Below are positions 34,854 through 44,451 of a stretch of DNA of 64,000 bases, piece by piece. This stretch comes from a virus (taxonomy: Duplodnaviria > Caudoviricetes): IMG/VR virus record IMGVR_UViG_3300020460_000012; one strand, written 5' to 3'. Positions within the stretch are counted from its first letter, which is position 1. Each line of letters starts with the position of its first letter. The position numbers and the translations under genes were made by a program. The notes beneath the pieces are model-generated. The model did no database searches. It saw only the letters and a program-made list of their open reading frames with translations, and was not told where the DNA came from.

Positions 34854-35507
34854 TTACACGACACCAATCACGGCATTTTTTTCGCCTCTGCCTAGCTTTT
34901 TTAACATTTTGTATCCTAGAGGAGTCAATATTTCTAACAATGAATCTCTTTCAAATCCATAACGTTGCGGATGGTTTTTGCGTTCATATAGAATAATAGG
35001 TTTATATTTTTCGATAGTTTTTAGAGAGCCTTTTGCTATTAACGGCTCAAACCCCTCAGCATCAATCTTAATAAAATCAATATCAGTAATATTTAATTGG
35101 TCAAGCGATTTTATTTTGTAACTACCTATAGAATTGTGTATAACATGTGTGCTAAATGTTTTAGCTGTCTTTTTTAAATCTACACTTCTTTCAGTATCAC
35201 CTATCCCAAAATTATGTAAATTTACATTTGAAGTTTTGCTTTGCATGTTTTGTTTCAAACATTCAAATACGTCTGTATCTATTTCAAAACTATGCACAGA
35301 TTTAAATTTTTTACTTAGTTGAAAAGAAATTATACCTATATGGGCGCCAATGTCTATTGCAGTCCTAAATTGCGTACAATATGCTAAGGCGTCATTTAAT
35401 TCTTTGGATTGATAATTATCTATATGATCAGATTGGCGTTTAGCTGACTTTACACTTATGTCGTAATCTAATGTAATCCATCCATGATAATTCTTATAGG
35501 CTGGCAT
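34854..35507 (-). CDS. FkbM-family methyltransferase
   Basis: IDIGAHIG, IKIDAEGFE and KPII motifs. Confidence 0.85.
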   Translation of the reverse strand: MPAYKNYHGWITLDYDISVKSAKRQSDHIDNYQSKELNDALAYCTQFRTAIDIGAHIGIISFQLSKKFKSVHSFEIDTDVFECLKQNMQSKTSNVNLHNFGIGDTERSVDLKKTAKTFSTHVIHNSIGSYKIKSLDQLNITDIDFIKIDAEGFEPLIAKGSLKTIEKYKPIILYERKNHPQRYGFERDSLLEILTPLGYKMLKKLGRGEKNAVIGVV

Positions 35508-35949
35508 CTTCCATGCCTGCTACTCTTAGTTTTACAACGTTTGTTATCTGCCATTGCTTTTGATCAAGACCTTTAAGTAATCCTAGCCACTTGTTGCGTA
35601 TAAGAGCAAATTCATTTATAATTTTTTCGTAGTCAACAACGTCTGTCTCGCCGTCGACGTACTTTTCTACATCGCGACTTGACAGAGCTCGTTGATAATT
35701 TTCAAGATATTTCTTAAAATAAGAACTACGCAGTCTACGAAGTTCAATATTTAAATAGTTGAGGATAGCTTCAATTTCTTGTAGCTGATTAAAACGCTGT
35801 TCTACGATGCCAGGCATTTCTGCCGCAGACTTTTCTACATTACCTTTAAGTTTTACTTCTTGCCTAGCATTGATAAGCTCTTGCTCAAAATATGCGACAG
35901 CATCGGTAATTTTACTTATGTCTCGAGATACTTCGCTATACCAGCCCAT
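35494..35949 (-). CDS. uvsY: Recombination mediator UvsY-like protein
   Basis: Helical 151 aa protein downstream of uvsX; VEKYVDGE motif. Confidence 0.75.
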   Translation of the reverse strand: MGWYSEVSRDISKITDAVAYFEQELINARQEVKLKGNVEKSAAEMPGIVEQRFNQLQEIEAILNYLNIELRRLRSSYFKKYLENYQRALSSRDVEKYVDGETDVVDYEKIINEFALIRNKWLGLLKGLDQKQWQITNVVKLRVAGMEDASL

Positions 35950-36179
35950 TAATAATCCTCGTCGTAGTCGTCCTCATCGTAATCATCGTCTGAATCTAGA
36001 TAATAGTTAATTGCATAATCTAAAGAGCTACTTGATCCTAGTGCCGCCATAAGTGTTTCATCTGAAACACCATAATCCGCAAGCATGTCTACAAACTTTT
36101 CGGCAACTACCTCTGTTTGTTTTTTATCAATGTATTCTTTAAATAGACTCCAAGTGTCAACTATCTGTTCCTCAGTCAT
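35949..36179 (-). CDS. Small acidic conserved protein
   Basis: ORF track; D/E/Y-rich tail. Confidence 0.7.
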   Translation of the reverse strand: MTEEQIVDTWSLFKEYIDKKQTEVVAEKFVDMLADYGVSDETLMAALGSSSSLDYAINYYLDSDDDYDEDDYDEDY

Positions 36180-37257
36180 TAATGGTATTCTCCTCGATAT
36201 CGTTATCGGTTTCTTCAGTAACCTCAGCGGTATTTACCTCGTTGGCTTCTTTTTTGGCGAAATCCGACATTACGGTATCGAGGATCGGACCAGTCCAATT
36301 CTTACGATATTCTAATAGTTCTTCACCTTCACTAGTAGTATATTTTAGTCGATTACCTTGCTTTTCAATTAAACCTTTCTTTTCAAAAAGTTCAACAAGG
36401 CCACTATAAGGATTCATGCCAGTTTCGTATGGAATCTTTACTTGTACACCTTCAAAAGGTTTGGCATAACGTGTTTTCATAACTTTACAGCCTGCACGTA
36501 TACCTCTTACATCTGAGATTTTGTTTCCAGATTCATCTTCTTTTAGTTTAAGTTTTTTCATTGCTACAACAATTGAAGATGCGTAAATAAATCCTTGTCC
36601 ACCGCTAATTTTATCATCAGGATCAAACATGTCCTGCGATGCATATGTATGATTAGTACATACTAGTCCTACATTATGTGAACCTATCATATTAACAGTA
36701 TTTCTAACAAGTGCAGTAAGTGCTTTAGGTTTCCTACCCATATCACCTTTCATATCACCCTTGTTAAATTGATCAACATCAGTAGGTGTTAGTAACATAC
36801 CTAATGAGTCAATAACAAAAAGTACTTTTGGACGATCATCTTCGTCCATTGCTTTATAATCAGACATAAATGTGCTGATTGTTTTTGCTACATCGTCAAT
36901 CATTGACATATTTAATTTAAGCAATTTATCTTCGCTTGTGTCAACATCTAACGCCTGTAACCACGATTCGTCAAGAGCATTTTCTGAGTCAATTAATACT
37001 ACAAAAATACCTTGATCTTGGGCATGTTTTACAATATTGCCTGCACAGAAATAACTTTTTCCTGCACCGGACTCGCCTGCAAATACTGTAACTTTTCCCA
37101 TAGGAACTCCTTTGTGGAAGTCTCCTGAGATAAGATAATTAAGTGCAAAAGATCCTGTACTAATCCAATCTGTTGGATCATTAAATCCTGCACTCATACC
37201 TTGAATAGACTTAGTTAAGTCCTTACGGAACTTACTTACATCAAATGATTTAGCCAT
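36172..37257 (-). CDS. uvsX: RecA/UvsX recombinase
   Basis: GESGAGKS, IDSE, VIDSLG, TNHTY and SGG motifs. Confidence 0.92.
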   Translation of the reverse strand: MAKSFDVSKFRKDLTKSIQGMSAGFNDPTDWISTGSFALNYLISGDFHKGVPMGKVTVFAGESGAGKSYFCAGNIVKHAQDQGIFVVLIDSENALDESWLQALDVDTSEDKLLKLNMSMIDDVAKTISTFMSDYKAMDEDDRPKVLFVIDSLGMLLTPTDVDQFNKGDMKGDMGRKPKALTALVRNTVNMIGSHNVGLVCTNHTYASQDMFDPDDKISGGQGFIYASSIVVAMKKLKLKEDESGNKISDVRGIRAGCKVMKTRYAKPFEGVQVKIPYETGMNPYSGLVELFEKKGLIEKQGNRLKYTTSEGEELLEYRKNWTGPILDTVMSDFAKKEANEVNTAEVTEETDNDIEENTIND

Positions 37258-37280
37258 AATTTCTCCTAGTTAAGAATAAT

Positions 37281-37300
37281 GTGGGGGATTTCTCCCCCAC
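37281..37300 (-). terminator. Hairpin between ssb and uvsX (terminator, attenuator or stabiliser)
   Basis: GTGGGGGA-GAAA-TCCCCCAC on the - strand; no strong U tract. Confidence 0.55.
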
Positions 37301-37306
37301 TCTATT

Positions 37307-38296
37307 TTATTGTGCTTGACGCTGTCTAATCATTGCAAGAATGTCAGAAGCTTTGTTATCACCAGTGTCGCCTGCAGGAGTAGATGTAGCAGTTTCAGCT
37401 ACAGGTGTAGCAGTTTCAGCTACAGGTGCTGCCTCTTGTGCTGGCGCACTTTGGCTTGTTGCAGTTGCATTGGGTGATGCCGCTACTGTTGGATCACCAG
37501 TTCTAGCCGCCATTCCGCTTGGACGGAAATAGTTGCTCCAACGATCTGGATCATATGCTTCGCCATCGACAGATGCTTCAAACATCTCTTTCATAACCTT
37601 TACGGCTGTTTCGTCTGGCTTCTTAGGAAGGAAGTCTGTAAAGTTAAACAGACCATGTGTGTTAACTGCATTCATTTCAGCATCAGTTAACGGACGCTCT
37701 CTACGAGCCCAGTTAGATGTTGAATAGTCTGCATACCCGCCTTTACTAGTTTTATTAAGACGGAAGTCTACACCAGCAGTATAATCTGTTGGTAATTCCT
37801 CCATGTCTGGATCCATTAAAGCCGCTTTAATAATTTGGAAAATTTGTGGACCAATAATAAAACGTCTAATTGGATTTTCTGGAGTCTTATCATCACTGAG
37901 TGGATTCTCAGTAACAAAGCCTTGGAAGATATAAGAACGCTTCTTCCAATATTTACGACCCATATCTTCAAGACTTGGATCTTTAAACCAACCACGTACT
38001 TCGTTCAAGATATCGCAAGTTTCTCCATACATCTCCATGCATGGTACTTGTACTTGTACTGGACGTGAATCAGTTTCACCTTTAACACCTGCGAACGGAA
38101 GTTTAATCATTAAACGTTCTGCCCAGAAGAAAGTGTTATCTTCATTCCCATCAGGAAGGAATCTGAAAGTACAACTTTCACCTTCTTTGATATTCCAAAA
38201 TGGGTAAATTGCGTTGTCGCCGCCGCTGTTAGAGTTGCCACCTTGGCGTGACTCTTGTTCTTTGAGCTTTGCTCGGATCTCTGCTAATGTTGCCAT
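37307..38296 (-). CDS. gp32: Single-stranded DNA-binding protein, T4 gp32-like
   Basis: IRFLP-like FRFLPD, KYWKKRSY and YADYSTS motifs; A/P/T-rich linker. Confidence 0.85.
   Translation of the reverse strand: MATLAEIRAKLKEQESRQGGNSNSGGDNAIYPFWNIKEGESCTFRFLPDGNEDNTFFWAERLMIKLPFAGVKGETDSRPVQVQVPCMEMYGETCDILNEVRGWFKDPSLEDMGRKYWKKRSYIFQGFVTENPLSDDKTPENPIRRFIIGPQIFQIIKAALMDPDMEELPTDYTAGVDFRLNKTSKGGYADYSTSNWARRERPLTDAEMNAVNTHGLFNFTDFLPKKPDETAVKVMKEMFEASVDGEAYDPDRWSNYFRPSGMAARTGDPTVAASPNATATSQSAPAQEAAPVAETATPVAETATSTPAGDTGDNKASDILAMIRQRQAQ
37385..37428. repeat. 21-nt tandem repeat (2 copies) in the SSB linker
   Basis: TGTAGCAGTTTCAGCTACAGG x2, encoding PVAETA(T). Confidence 0.8.
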
Positions 38297-38362
38297 AGTT
38301 TGTGCCTCCTTAAATTGCCTATGCTATGTTGTATTTGCCTAAATGTGCAATACATACTATGT

Positions 38363-38391
38363 ATAATACACTCTTATATTTAGCCTGTCAA
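38363..38391 (-). promoter_or_regulatory. sigma70 promoter for ssb with a nested TAAATA
   Basis: TTGACA-17-TATTAT; the spacer contains GCTAAATA. Confidence 0.75.
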
Positions 38392-38435
38392 GCGTTTTTT
38401 TGATTTATTTTTGGAGACTTGTAAAAGTTAGCTGA

Positions 38436-40178
38436 TTATCTTAAACCAGCTAACTCACGCATTCTATCAAATTCTGGCTCAGCTTCCATCTTCTGTGGAT
38501 TAGCTTTCATTTGGTACTCTTCGTAGGTTGCGTTGATTTGTTCAATAAATGCCTTTGCAGGTTCTATGAACTGCTCTCCGTAATCCTTTTCTACCATTGT
38601 AAGGACTGCGGTCTCGCCTTTTGGAAACTCGCCTGTCTCTCTATCATAATAGCTTAAAATGAATTCGCCTAGTGGAGTTTTATCCTTCTCGTCAGCCTTA
38701 GACATAGTACCGTCTTTGTCGATTTTTACTGCCATAGTATCATCTTCTTGGTGATCGTCGCTGTGTTTCATAATTAGTTTAGCATTTACTTCTATATCAT
38801 CTGAACCTGTAATTTTTTCAAGCTCTTCCATACAAGCCTTTGTAATAGGCATTTCGTCGATATGGTCGCTGATGTATGCCCCTGGATCATCCTCAAATTT
38901 CTCTTCACCATACTTTTCATCCATTTTAGCACGTTCATTTGTTTCAATAAAATCTGTAGGAATGCCACTACTCGTTGCATACTTAACATAACCATCTGGT
39001 AGTGAGTCACCGTTACTGCCAATGTATCCATCATACTTGTCAGCCCAGGCTTTAATTTTATCTCCCATATCGTCTTCGCTAAACTGCCCCATCATTCTTT
39101 CAAAGCCTTGCTCTATCTCAATATCTTCTTTAGCCTTTTTCTTTTTGTTTGCTTTTCTATGAGCAGGTGTGCAACCATCTTCGGCTACTAAATCATCAGG
39201 TCCTAATTCTTTTGCTTTGGTAACTTCACTTACTAGTTTAAACACATAAGGAAAAATGTCTTTCAATTCTTCGTTAAACTGTTTGATAGTAAGTTGATCA
39301 ATCCAATTTTCAGCTACGTCAGCAGGAACATCTTCCATTACGGCAGGAGTAAATGCATCAAATGTTTCTTTGTAGTACGCCTTTTTTTGTAAATTACTTA
39401 TTGTTTTTCTAACTGTAACAATTCGATCATTAACAGCATCAGTATAGTCGGAAAGTCCTTCTGCCATTACACTTGATCTATTCATATAGTTTTTAAATTT
39501 TCTAAGTTTTGCCATTTCTTCTGAAAGGCTTACGATATGTTTTCCAAAGTCGTCATATGCATTTCCACCTTCTGCAACATGACGAGCCATTGCTCTTGCT
39601 CCGTTGAGGTGCTTGTATGGATATTTAAAGCGTTCCCCTTCAGAACTTTCAATGTAAATTGATCCTATATGTCTTATACGTCCTGATACTTTTTCATCAT
39701 TAACACTTTCTGTGTGTTTTAGTACTAATCTTGCACCATCTACGTCTTGGTAACTTATTCTGGAAGTACCGTAGAGTTTTGATTCTGCCATTGTTTCATC
39801 TCCGACTTTGTTTGACAAAAATTGATAATCTCTTTTGTTCAAATTTGTTTTTGTTATATCCCTTATGCTAAATTCTAACATACGTTTTTTTGCAAATAGT
39901 CTTAACTCTTTTAAAAACCCATACCAATTATCTTTTGTCATGGAATCTTCTTTGGATATAAAATCCTTAGAGTAAATCACTGTCATGCCTTCATCTTCAG
40001 TTATATTTACACTTACATTGCCTAAAACTTTGCCTGCTTCTTTATATTCAAAATCAAAAAAGCGAGCCTGTGAAGGTTCGTTTATAACTTCTCCTGCTTC
40101 ATTACCAATAGTAATACTAGGAAAACGTCCTCGTATTTTGTTAAAAAGATCTTCGCCTATTTTATCAAATTCTTGCAT
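38436..40178 (-). CDS. Large conserved late protein of unknown function
   Basis: ORF track, 580 aa; TAAATA 4 nt upstream; acidic C-terminal half. Confidence 0.8.
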   Translation of the reverse strand: MQEFDKIGEDLFNKIRGRFPSITIGNEAGEVINEPSQARFFDFEYKEAGKVLGNVSVNITEDEGMTVIYSKDFISKEDSMTKDNWYGFLKELRLFAKKRMLEFSIRDITKTNLNKRDYQFLSNKVGDETMAESKLYGTSRISYQDVDGARLVLKHTESVNDEKVSGRIRHIGSIYIESSEGERFKYPYKHLNGARAMARHVAEGGNAYDDFGKHIVSLSEEMAKLRKFKNYMNRSSVMAEGLSDYTDAVNDRIVTVRKTISNLQKKAYYKETFDAFTPAVMEDVPADVAENWIDQLTIKQFNEELKDIFPYVFKLVSEVTKAKELGPDDLVAEDGCTPAHRKANKKKKAKEDIEIEQGFERMMGQFSEDDMGDKIKAWADKYDGYIGSNGDSLPDGYVKYATSSGIPTDFIETNERAKMDEKYGEEKFEDDPGAYISDHIDEMPITKACMEELEKITGSDDIEVNAKLIMKHSDDHQEDDTMAVKIDKDGTMSKADEKDKTPLGEFILSYYDRETGEFPKGETAVLTMVEKDYGEQFIEPAKAFIEQINATYEEYQMKANPQKMEAEPEFDRMRELAGLR

Positions 40179-40188
40179 ATTGTATTTA

Positions 40189-41769
40189 TCAATAGTTACT
40201 ACTTATAAAGATTGGCATTGGAGGATCATAATCTGTAATTTCTTCAGCTTGTGTAAACGTATTGTATATTCTTGGATCCCAATCCTTTAAAACTGCCATC
40301 ATTCTTATAGCTAATAGTGCCGCACTTATTAAATCATCGGTTTGTCCTAGTTTAGCTTGGTAACTGCTTCCTGTGGCTACATAATTTTTAAGTTCGGAAA
40401 TGAAAGGTTTGCTGTGTATAATCATCTTTTCATTTTCCACCATAGTTTTTAATCTGCTACATGCTGTTATTTTTGTACTATGTGTTGTGTTGAATCCTTT
40501 ACGGAATTTTCTTACATGCCCTTTACGTATAGGTTCACTTACAAATAATCCAGGAATGTTTTCTTCTCCAAAGTCATTGATTACAATTAGTGCCGCTTCG
40601 CCTATGCCATTATTTTCAACACTCCAATATAGTCCGGTATCTGAATCAGTTTCTTTTACTATATAACTGCAAATATCTGCTAATACTCTTATTTGTCCAG
40701 GAATTGCTGTTGTATTATGTTGCCATTCTGCTACCTGTTCATAACTAGGTAATTCAAAAACTTGTATAGCCGCGTTGTCTCCTCCTGTGCCCATGCTAGG
40801 GTCAAGAGCTACAGCATATGTAAATTCAGAGGAAGGTTTTTTATACCATCTTGTTTGCCCCATGTTTACTAAAGGTTGATGTCCTTCCATTTCTCCAAGT
40901 ATCAATGAATTAATGAGTGTTTCGTCAAAAACCAAAAATTCACAATCATACTCTCTTCTAAATCTTTCTTCGCCAATACGCCCAAGTTCATCTTGTTTCC
41001 ATTTTTCATCTCTATCTGGATGTTCTTCCCAGTAGCTACGAAAACTATGAAATCCGTTTATGCCTAATTCCTGTTCATTGCCGTGTTCATCAAATTTATC
41101 TTCTGCTTGTTTCCAAATTGTTGCAAAGGTATCTTCATCTGAATTAGGGGTACTAGTAAGTATTGCCCTACCACCAGTTGCTAGTGTTGGCGATATAGAA
41201 GTCCAAAAGTCGGTTGCTATGTTAGGTTGTACAAATGCAAACTCATCACAATACAATAAGGAAATACTCATACCACGTCCTGTATTGCCTGTGGTAGTAG
41301 CACTAACTATACGTGATCCATTTTCAAATTCAATACTGCCTTTATTATAATTTATAACACCGGCTCTTACATGATCTGCACACAATTCATATCCGTAGCG
41401 TATTCGTTGCATAATTTCTTGTGCGCCTGTGTGCTTATGAGCGGCAATAAGTATAGTTTGATCCGCATTAAACATAGCATACCATAACAAATATATAGCG
41501 GCACACGTAGTTTTACCTGTTTGTCTAGGTAACATATTAATATTAAATCTATGATCGTGATAACTTTGTAGCAGACGTTCTTGATATTCAAATGGTTTAA
41601 ATAATAATTTGCCTTGCGTAGGATGCTGAATGTACGCAAAGTTACGTGCAAAGTAGTCATAGCCAGTTTTTTCGTCCATGCATTTAGCAAGGTCTTGTAT
41701 CTGTTCTTCAGTAAACGTTTCTTTTTTATTGGCTTTTTTTGTTAAAACACCATCTAAGCTTTTAGCCAT
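40189..41769 (-). CDS. gp17: Terminase large subunit, T4 gp17-like
   Basis: PRQTGKT, LLYCDEFAF, LTSTPN, ALDPSMG and DDLISA motifs. Confidence 0.95.
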   Translation of the reverse strand: MAKSLDGVLTKKANKKETFTEEQIQDLAKCMDEKTGYDYFARNFAYIQHPTQGKLLFKPFEYQERLLQSYHDHRFNINMLPRQTGKTTCAAIYLLWYAMFNADQTILIAAHKHTGAQEIMQRIRYGYELCADHVRAGVINYNKGSIEFENGSRIVSATTTGNTGRGMSISLLYCDEFAFVQPNIATDFWTSISPTLATGGRAILTSTPNSDEDTFATIWKQAEDKFDEHGNEQELGINGFHSFRSYWEEHPDRDEKWKQDELGRIGEERFRREYDCEFLVFDETLINSLILGEMEGHQPLVNMGQTRWYKKPSSEFTYAVALDPSMGTGGDNAAIQVFELPSYEQVAEWQHNTTAIPGQIRVLADICSYIVKETDSDTGLYWSVENNGIGEAALIVINDFGEENIPGLFVSEPIRKGHVRKFRKGFNTTHSTKITACSRLKTMVENEKMIIHSKPFISELKNYVATGSSYQAKLGQTDDLISAALLAIRMMAVLKDWDPRIYNTFTQAEEITDYDPPMPIFISSNY

Positions 41770-41795
41770 TACTATATCCTTGTTTGTATACTTAC

Positions 41796-42647
41796 TTATC
41801 CTAATAAAAATGGATTATTTGTAATTTTTTCTTTTAACCAACTAGGAACTTTTGGATCATCATGTATTCCAAATCTTTGTATATTTGCTTCTATCCTACT
41901 GGCTAGGTATCTATAATTATTCCTTGTCCAATTTGCATCAACCAAATATTCTCTTATAATATTAAATGAATCGTCATATTCTAAGTTAAATTTTATTTCT
42001 TGGCCAAAATATTCATTTATTTTAGTGTATGTTTTATTAGGTTGTATAAAGTCTTCGAAATAAATTATATCTATAGGATTTAATTCATGCCTAGCTTCAT
42101 TTTCTAATTCATATATTGACTTTATAAAATTTCCAAGGAAAAATTCCAAACGTGGTACAAACGGTAAAAATTTACTAAAGTCTGCTTTTGCTTTTCTACT
42201 TGATTCTAGATAGGCACCTATCTGTGCGCCTGTGCTTTCTTCTTTAAGTGTATTTTCGTCATGTATAGTATATGAAGCGGCAATTTTACTAAAAATTACT
42301 TTCCAAATATCTTTTCTTATTACTATTAACGGACGATATCCATAATCATTTACTAAGCTTCGTATGTTAACTTGATCTCCTGGTATAACTTTAAAGCCAT
42401 TAAACTTTTTTGTAAAGTTAGGCTCTATCACCTCTTTTAGTTTATATTTCCAGTCAAGTGTAACTTTAGAGTTCGCTAACGCAAATGGTTCAAAAAGATA
42501 ACTCTCGTTATCTATTATTCCTTCAACTTTTTTAGATGAATAAAGATAAACATCACCACATGCATTAAGTGTGTTTGCTATAGCAGTTGTACCTGATCTA
42601 GGTAGTCCTAAGATAAAAAATTTATTTTTTTCCTGTGAAGATTTCAT
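41796..42647 (-). CDS. Sulfotransferase-like P-loop protein
   Basis: FILGLPRSGTT 5'-PSB-like motif; IRKD; IYFEDF. Confidence 0.65.
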   Translation of the reverse strand: MKSSQEKNKFFILGLPRSGTTAIANTLNACGDVYLYSSKKVEGIIDNESYLFEPFALANSKVTLDWKYKLKEVIEPNFTKKFNGFKVIPGDQVNIRSLVNDYGYRPLIVIRKDIWKVIFSKIAASYTIHDENTLKEESTGAQIGAYLESSRKAKADFSKFLPFVPRLEFFLGNFIKSIYELENEARHELNPIDIIYFEDFIQPNKTYTKINEYFGQEIKFNLEYDDSFNIIREYLVDANWTRNNYRYLASRIEANIQRFGIHDDPKVPSWLKEKITNNPFLLG

Positions 42648-43080
42648 TTACCCTATCTTTTACTTGTTCTAGATTTGTACAACTTGTTGAAAAATATCTT
42701 AGTTCGTTACGCATAGTTTCAAAGCTTAACTTTCTAAAACTTAATTCATCTTTAATTTCGTACAGCTCGGTTGTTTGTTTAAAATTTCTGTTTTCAAAAA
42801 AACGCAAAGATTCTCTAGCTACAGGTTCGTCGCAAAAGTCAAGGTAATCTTTTTTAGTTTCAAAATATGTTGCGATCTCTAATGTATTGCCATTATCTTT
42901 TAAAATAATATGGCGTTCTTTTAATTTGCCATTACGGAAGTAATCTCTAGCTAAATCACGTACTCCTGTTCCTTGTCCGGGTCCTGGAGCTTCATATTCT
43001 GTATCTTTATAATAAAATTCTTGTATATCTTTAGACTTTCTATTATCTAAATCAACTAATGTTTGTTTAAATACGTACAT
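42622..43080 (-). CDS. Hypothetical protein
   Basis: ORF track; TAAATA 5 nt upstream. Confidence 0.7.
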   Translation of the reverse strand: MYVFKQTLVDLDNRKSKDIQEFYYKDTEYEAPGPGQGTGVRDLARDYFRNGKLKERHIILKDNGNTLEIATYFETKKDYLDFCDEPVARESLRFFENRNFKQTTELYEIKDELSFRKLSFETMRNELRYFSTSCTNLEQVKDRVNEIFTGKK

Positions 43081-43094
43081 AATGTTATTTAATC

Positions 43095-43121
43095 AAAAAA
43101 ATAGCGTCCGAAGACGCTATT
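43095..43121 (-). terminator. Rho-independent terminator
   Basis: AATAGCGTC-TTCG-GACGCTATT plus T run on the - strand (C-UUCG-G loop). Confidence 0.85.
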
Positions 43122-43138
43122 GGATTTTATCCGGGGGA

Positions 43139-43426
43139 TTATCTAGCTAGTGTATGGCCTTGTAATTTAACGGCTTCTTGTATATCTGCTATCTGGAACT
43201 CATCTGTAGGATTGTTTGCTTGTAATGCTTTGATAACATCTGTCATTGTAACTGTTCCAGCATTGTATCGTGGTACAAACTCTTCAACAATTTTGTGTGA
43301 AAAAGTTGGTAGCTGAGTTGCTGTTCCCCAGTCAATAAACGTCATTAGATCGTCGTGACTATTAAAAGCATCTGGCACAACCTTTTCTTTAAGTTCACCT
43401 TTTTCTAATACATTTACTTTTAACAT
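43139..43426 (-). CDS. Hypothetical protein (start revised to 43426)
   Basis: MLKVNV starts 4 nt after the upstream stop. Confidence 0.6.
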   Translation of the reverse strand: MLKVNVLEKGELKEKVVPDAFNSHDDLMTFIDWGTATQLPTFSHKIVEEFVPRYNAGTVTMTDVIKALQANNPTDEFQIADIQEAVKLQGHTLAR

Positions 43427-43430
43427 AATA

Positions 43431-44450
43431 TTATCCGCAGTTGCTAGCGTAAAGCTTTTCAAAATTAGCTTTGCTACATCCGTATTTTTCTGCTACTTTG
43501 TCAAACATTTCGTGTTTAGCACATCCGCTTGCATCAAGTTTTTTCATTTCTTTTGTGCAACCTGCCTCGTCAAAACCTTTAGATCCGTCTCCTTTAGAAC
43601 CAGCTTTTTTAAATGCACCTTCTTCAACGGATTCTTTCATTTCTTTTTGGCAATCATCAATCATTGCTTTAAGCTTTTCTTGATCACAGTTAGGATGCAT
43701 TTTACAAATTTCAGCTTTGGTTTTTCCATCTTTGCACATTTTCATAATGTGGGCTTTTGATGGCATTTTCTCTTCTTCTGCCTCGCCTACTTTTTTAGAT
43801 TTTTTATCTTTAACAGCTTTTTTCATCGGCTCTTTTTTGTCACCATCACCATCGATATCAATATAATCTGGTTTTGCTTTCTTTTCAGCAAGCATTTTAT
43901 ATAGGTCTTCTTTAATGCTTTCTAGTGCAGGATTGACAGTACGTATTGCTGATCTATCTTTCTTTCTATGTAAATCATTACCGTCATGAATGTTATCTTC
44001 ATAGTCGCCCAAAGTGCCTCTATCTTCTGGCTCTTCTCCTGGAGCACTATTTGCCCATTCATCTACATCGCCTTCTTCATCTTCTTTGTCTTTGATAGCT
44101 TTCTGTAGTTCAGGTGGTAGTTTTTTCTGTTTAGCAGTTATTTCATCTACTTCATCTTCTGCTTCTGGTTCACTATCAACAATGCTACGGAATTTTTCCA
44201 TATCCATTCTTGGTCCTAATGATTTTGCTGTAACTTCTTCTGCTCCGCCTAAACCTGCATTTTTCATCATATCTAGCAAATCAGCTACATGCTCTTTGCC
44301 TGATGCATTCATTGTTACATTTACACTCACAGGATTACCTTTATCTTCTGGTGGCATCGGCATACGTGGCGGCATGTCTGGTGCCATCCCCATTGGTCCT
44401 TCTGCCATCCCTGCGTCTACTGACTCAATTAATTTTTTCATTGTACTCAT
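43431..44450 (-). CDS. Charged low-complexity late protein, possible internal head/scaffold protein
   Basis: KPDYIDIDGDGDKKEPMKKA motif; Cys-containing C-terminal repeats; GGAGG RBS. Confidence 0.7.
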   Translation of the reverse strand: MSTMKKLIESVDAGMAEGPMGMAPDMPPRMPMPPEDKGNPVSVNVTMNASGKEHVADLLDMMKNAGLGGAEEVTAKSLGPRMDMEKFRSIVDSEPEAEDEVDEITAKQKKLPPELQKAIKDKEDEEGDVDEWANSAPGEEPEDRGTLGDYEDNIHDGNDLHRKKDRSAIRTVNPALESIKEDLYKMLAEKKAKPDYIDIDGDGDKKEPMKKAVKDKKSKKVGEAEEEKMPSKAHIMKMCKDGKTKAEICKMHPNCDQEKLKAMIDDCQKEMKESVEEGAFKKAGSKGDGSKGFDEAGCTKEMKKLDASGCAKHEMFDKVAEKYGCSKANFEKLYASNCG

Positions 44451-44451
44451 A

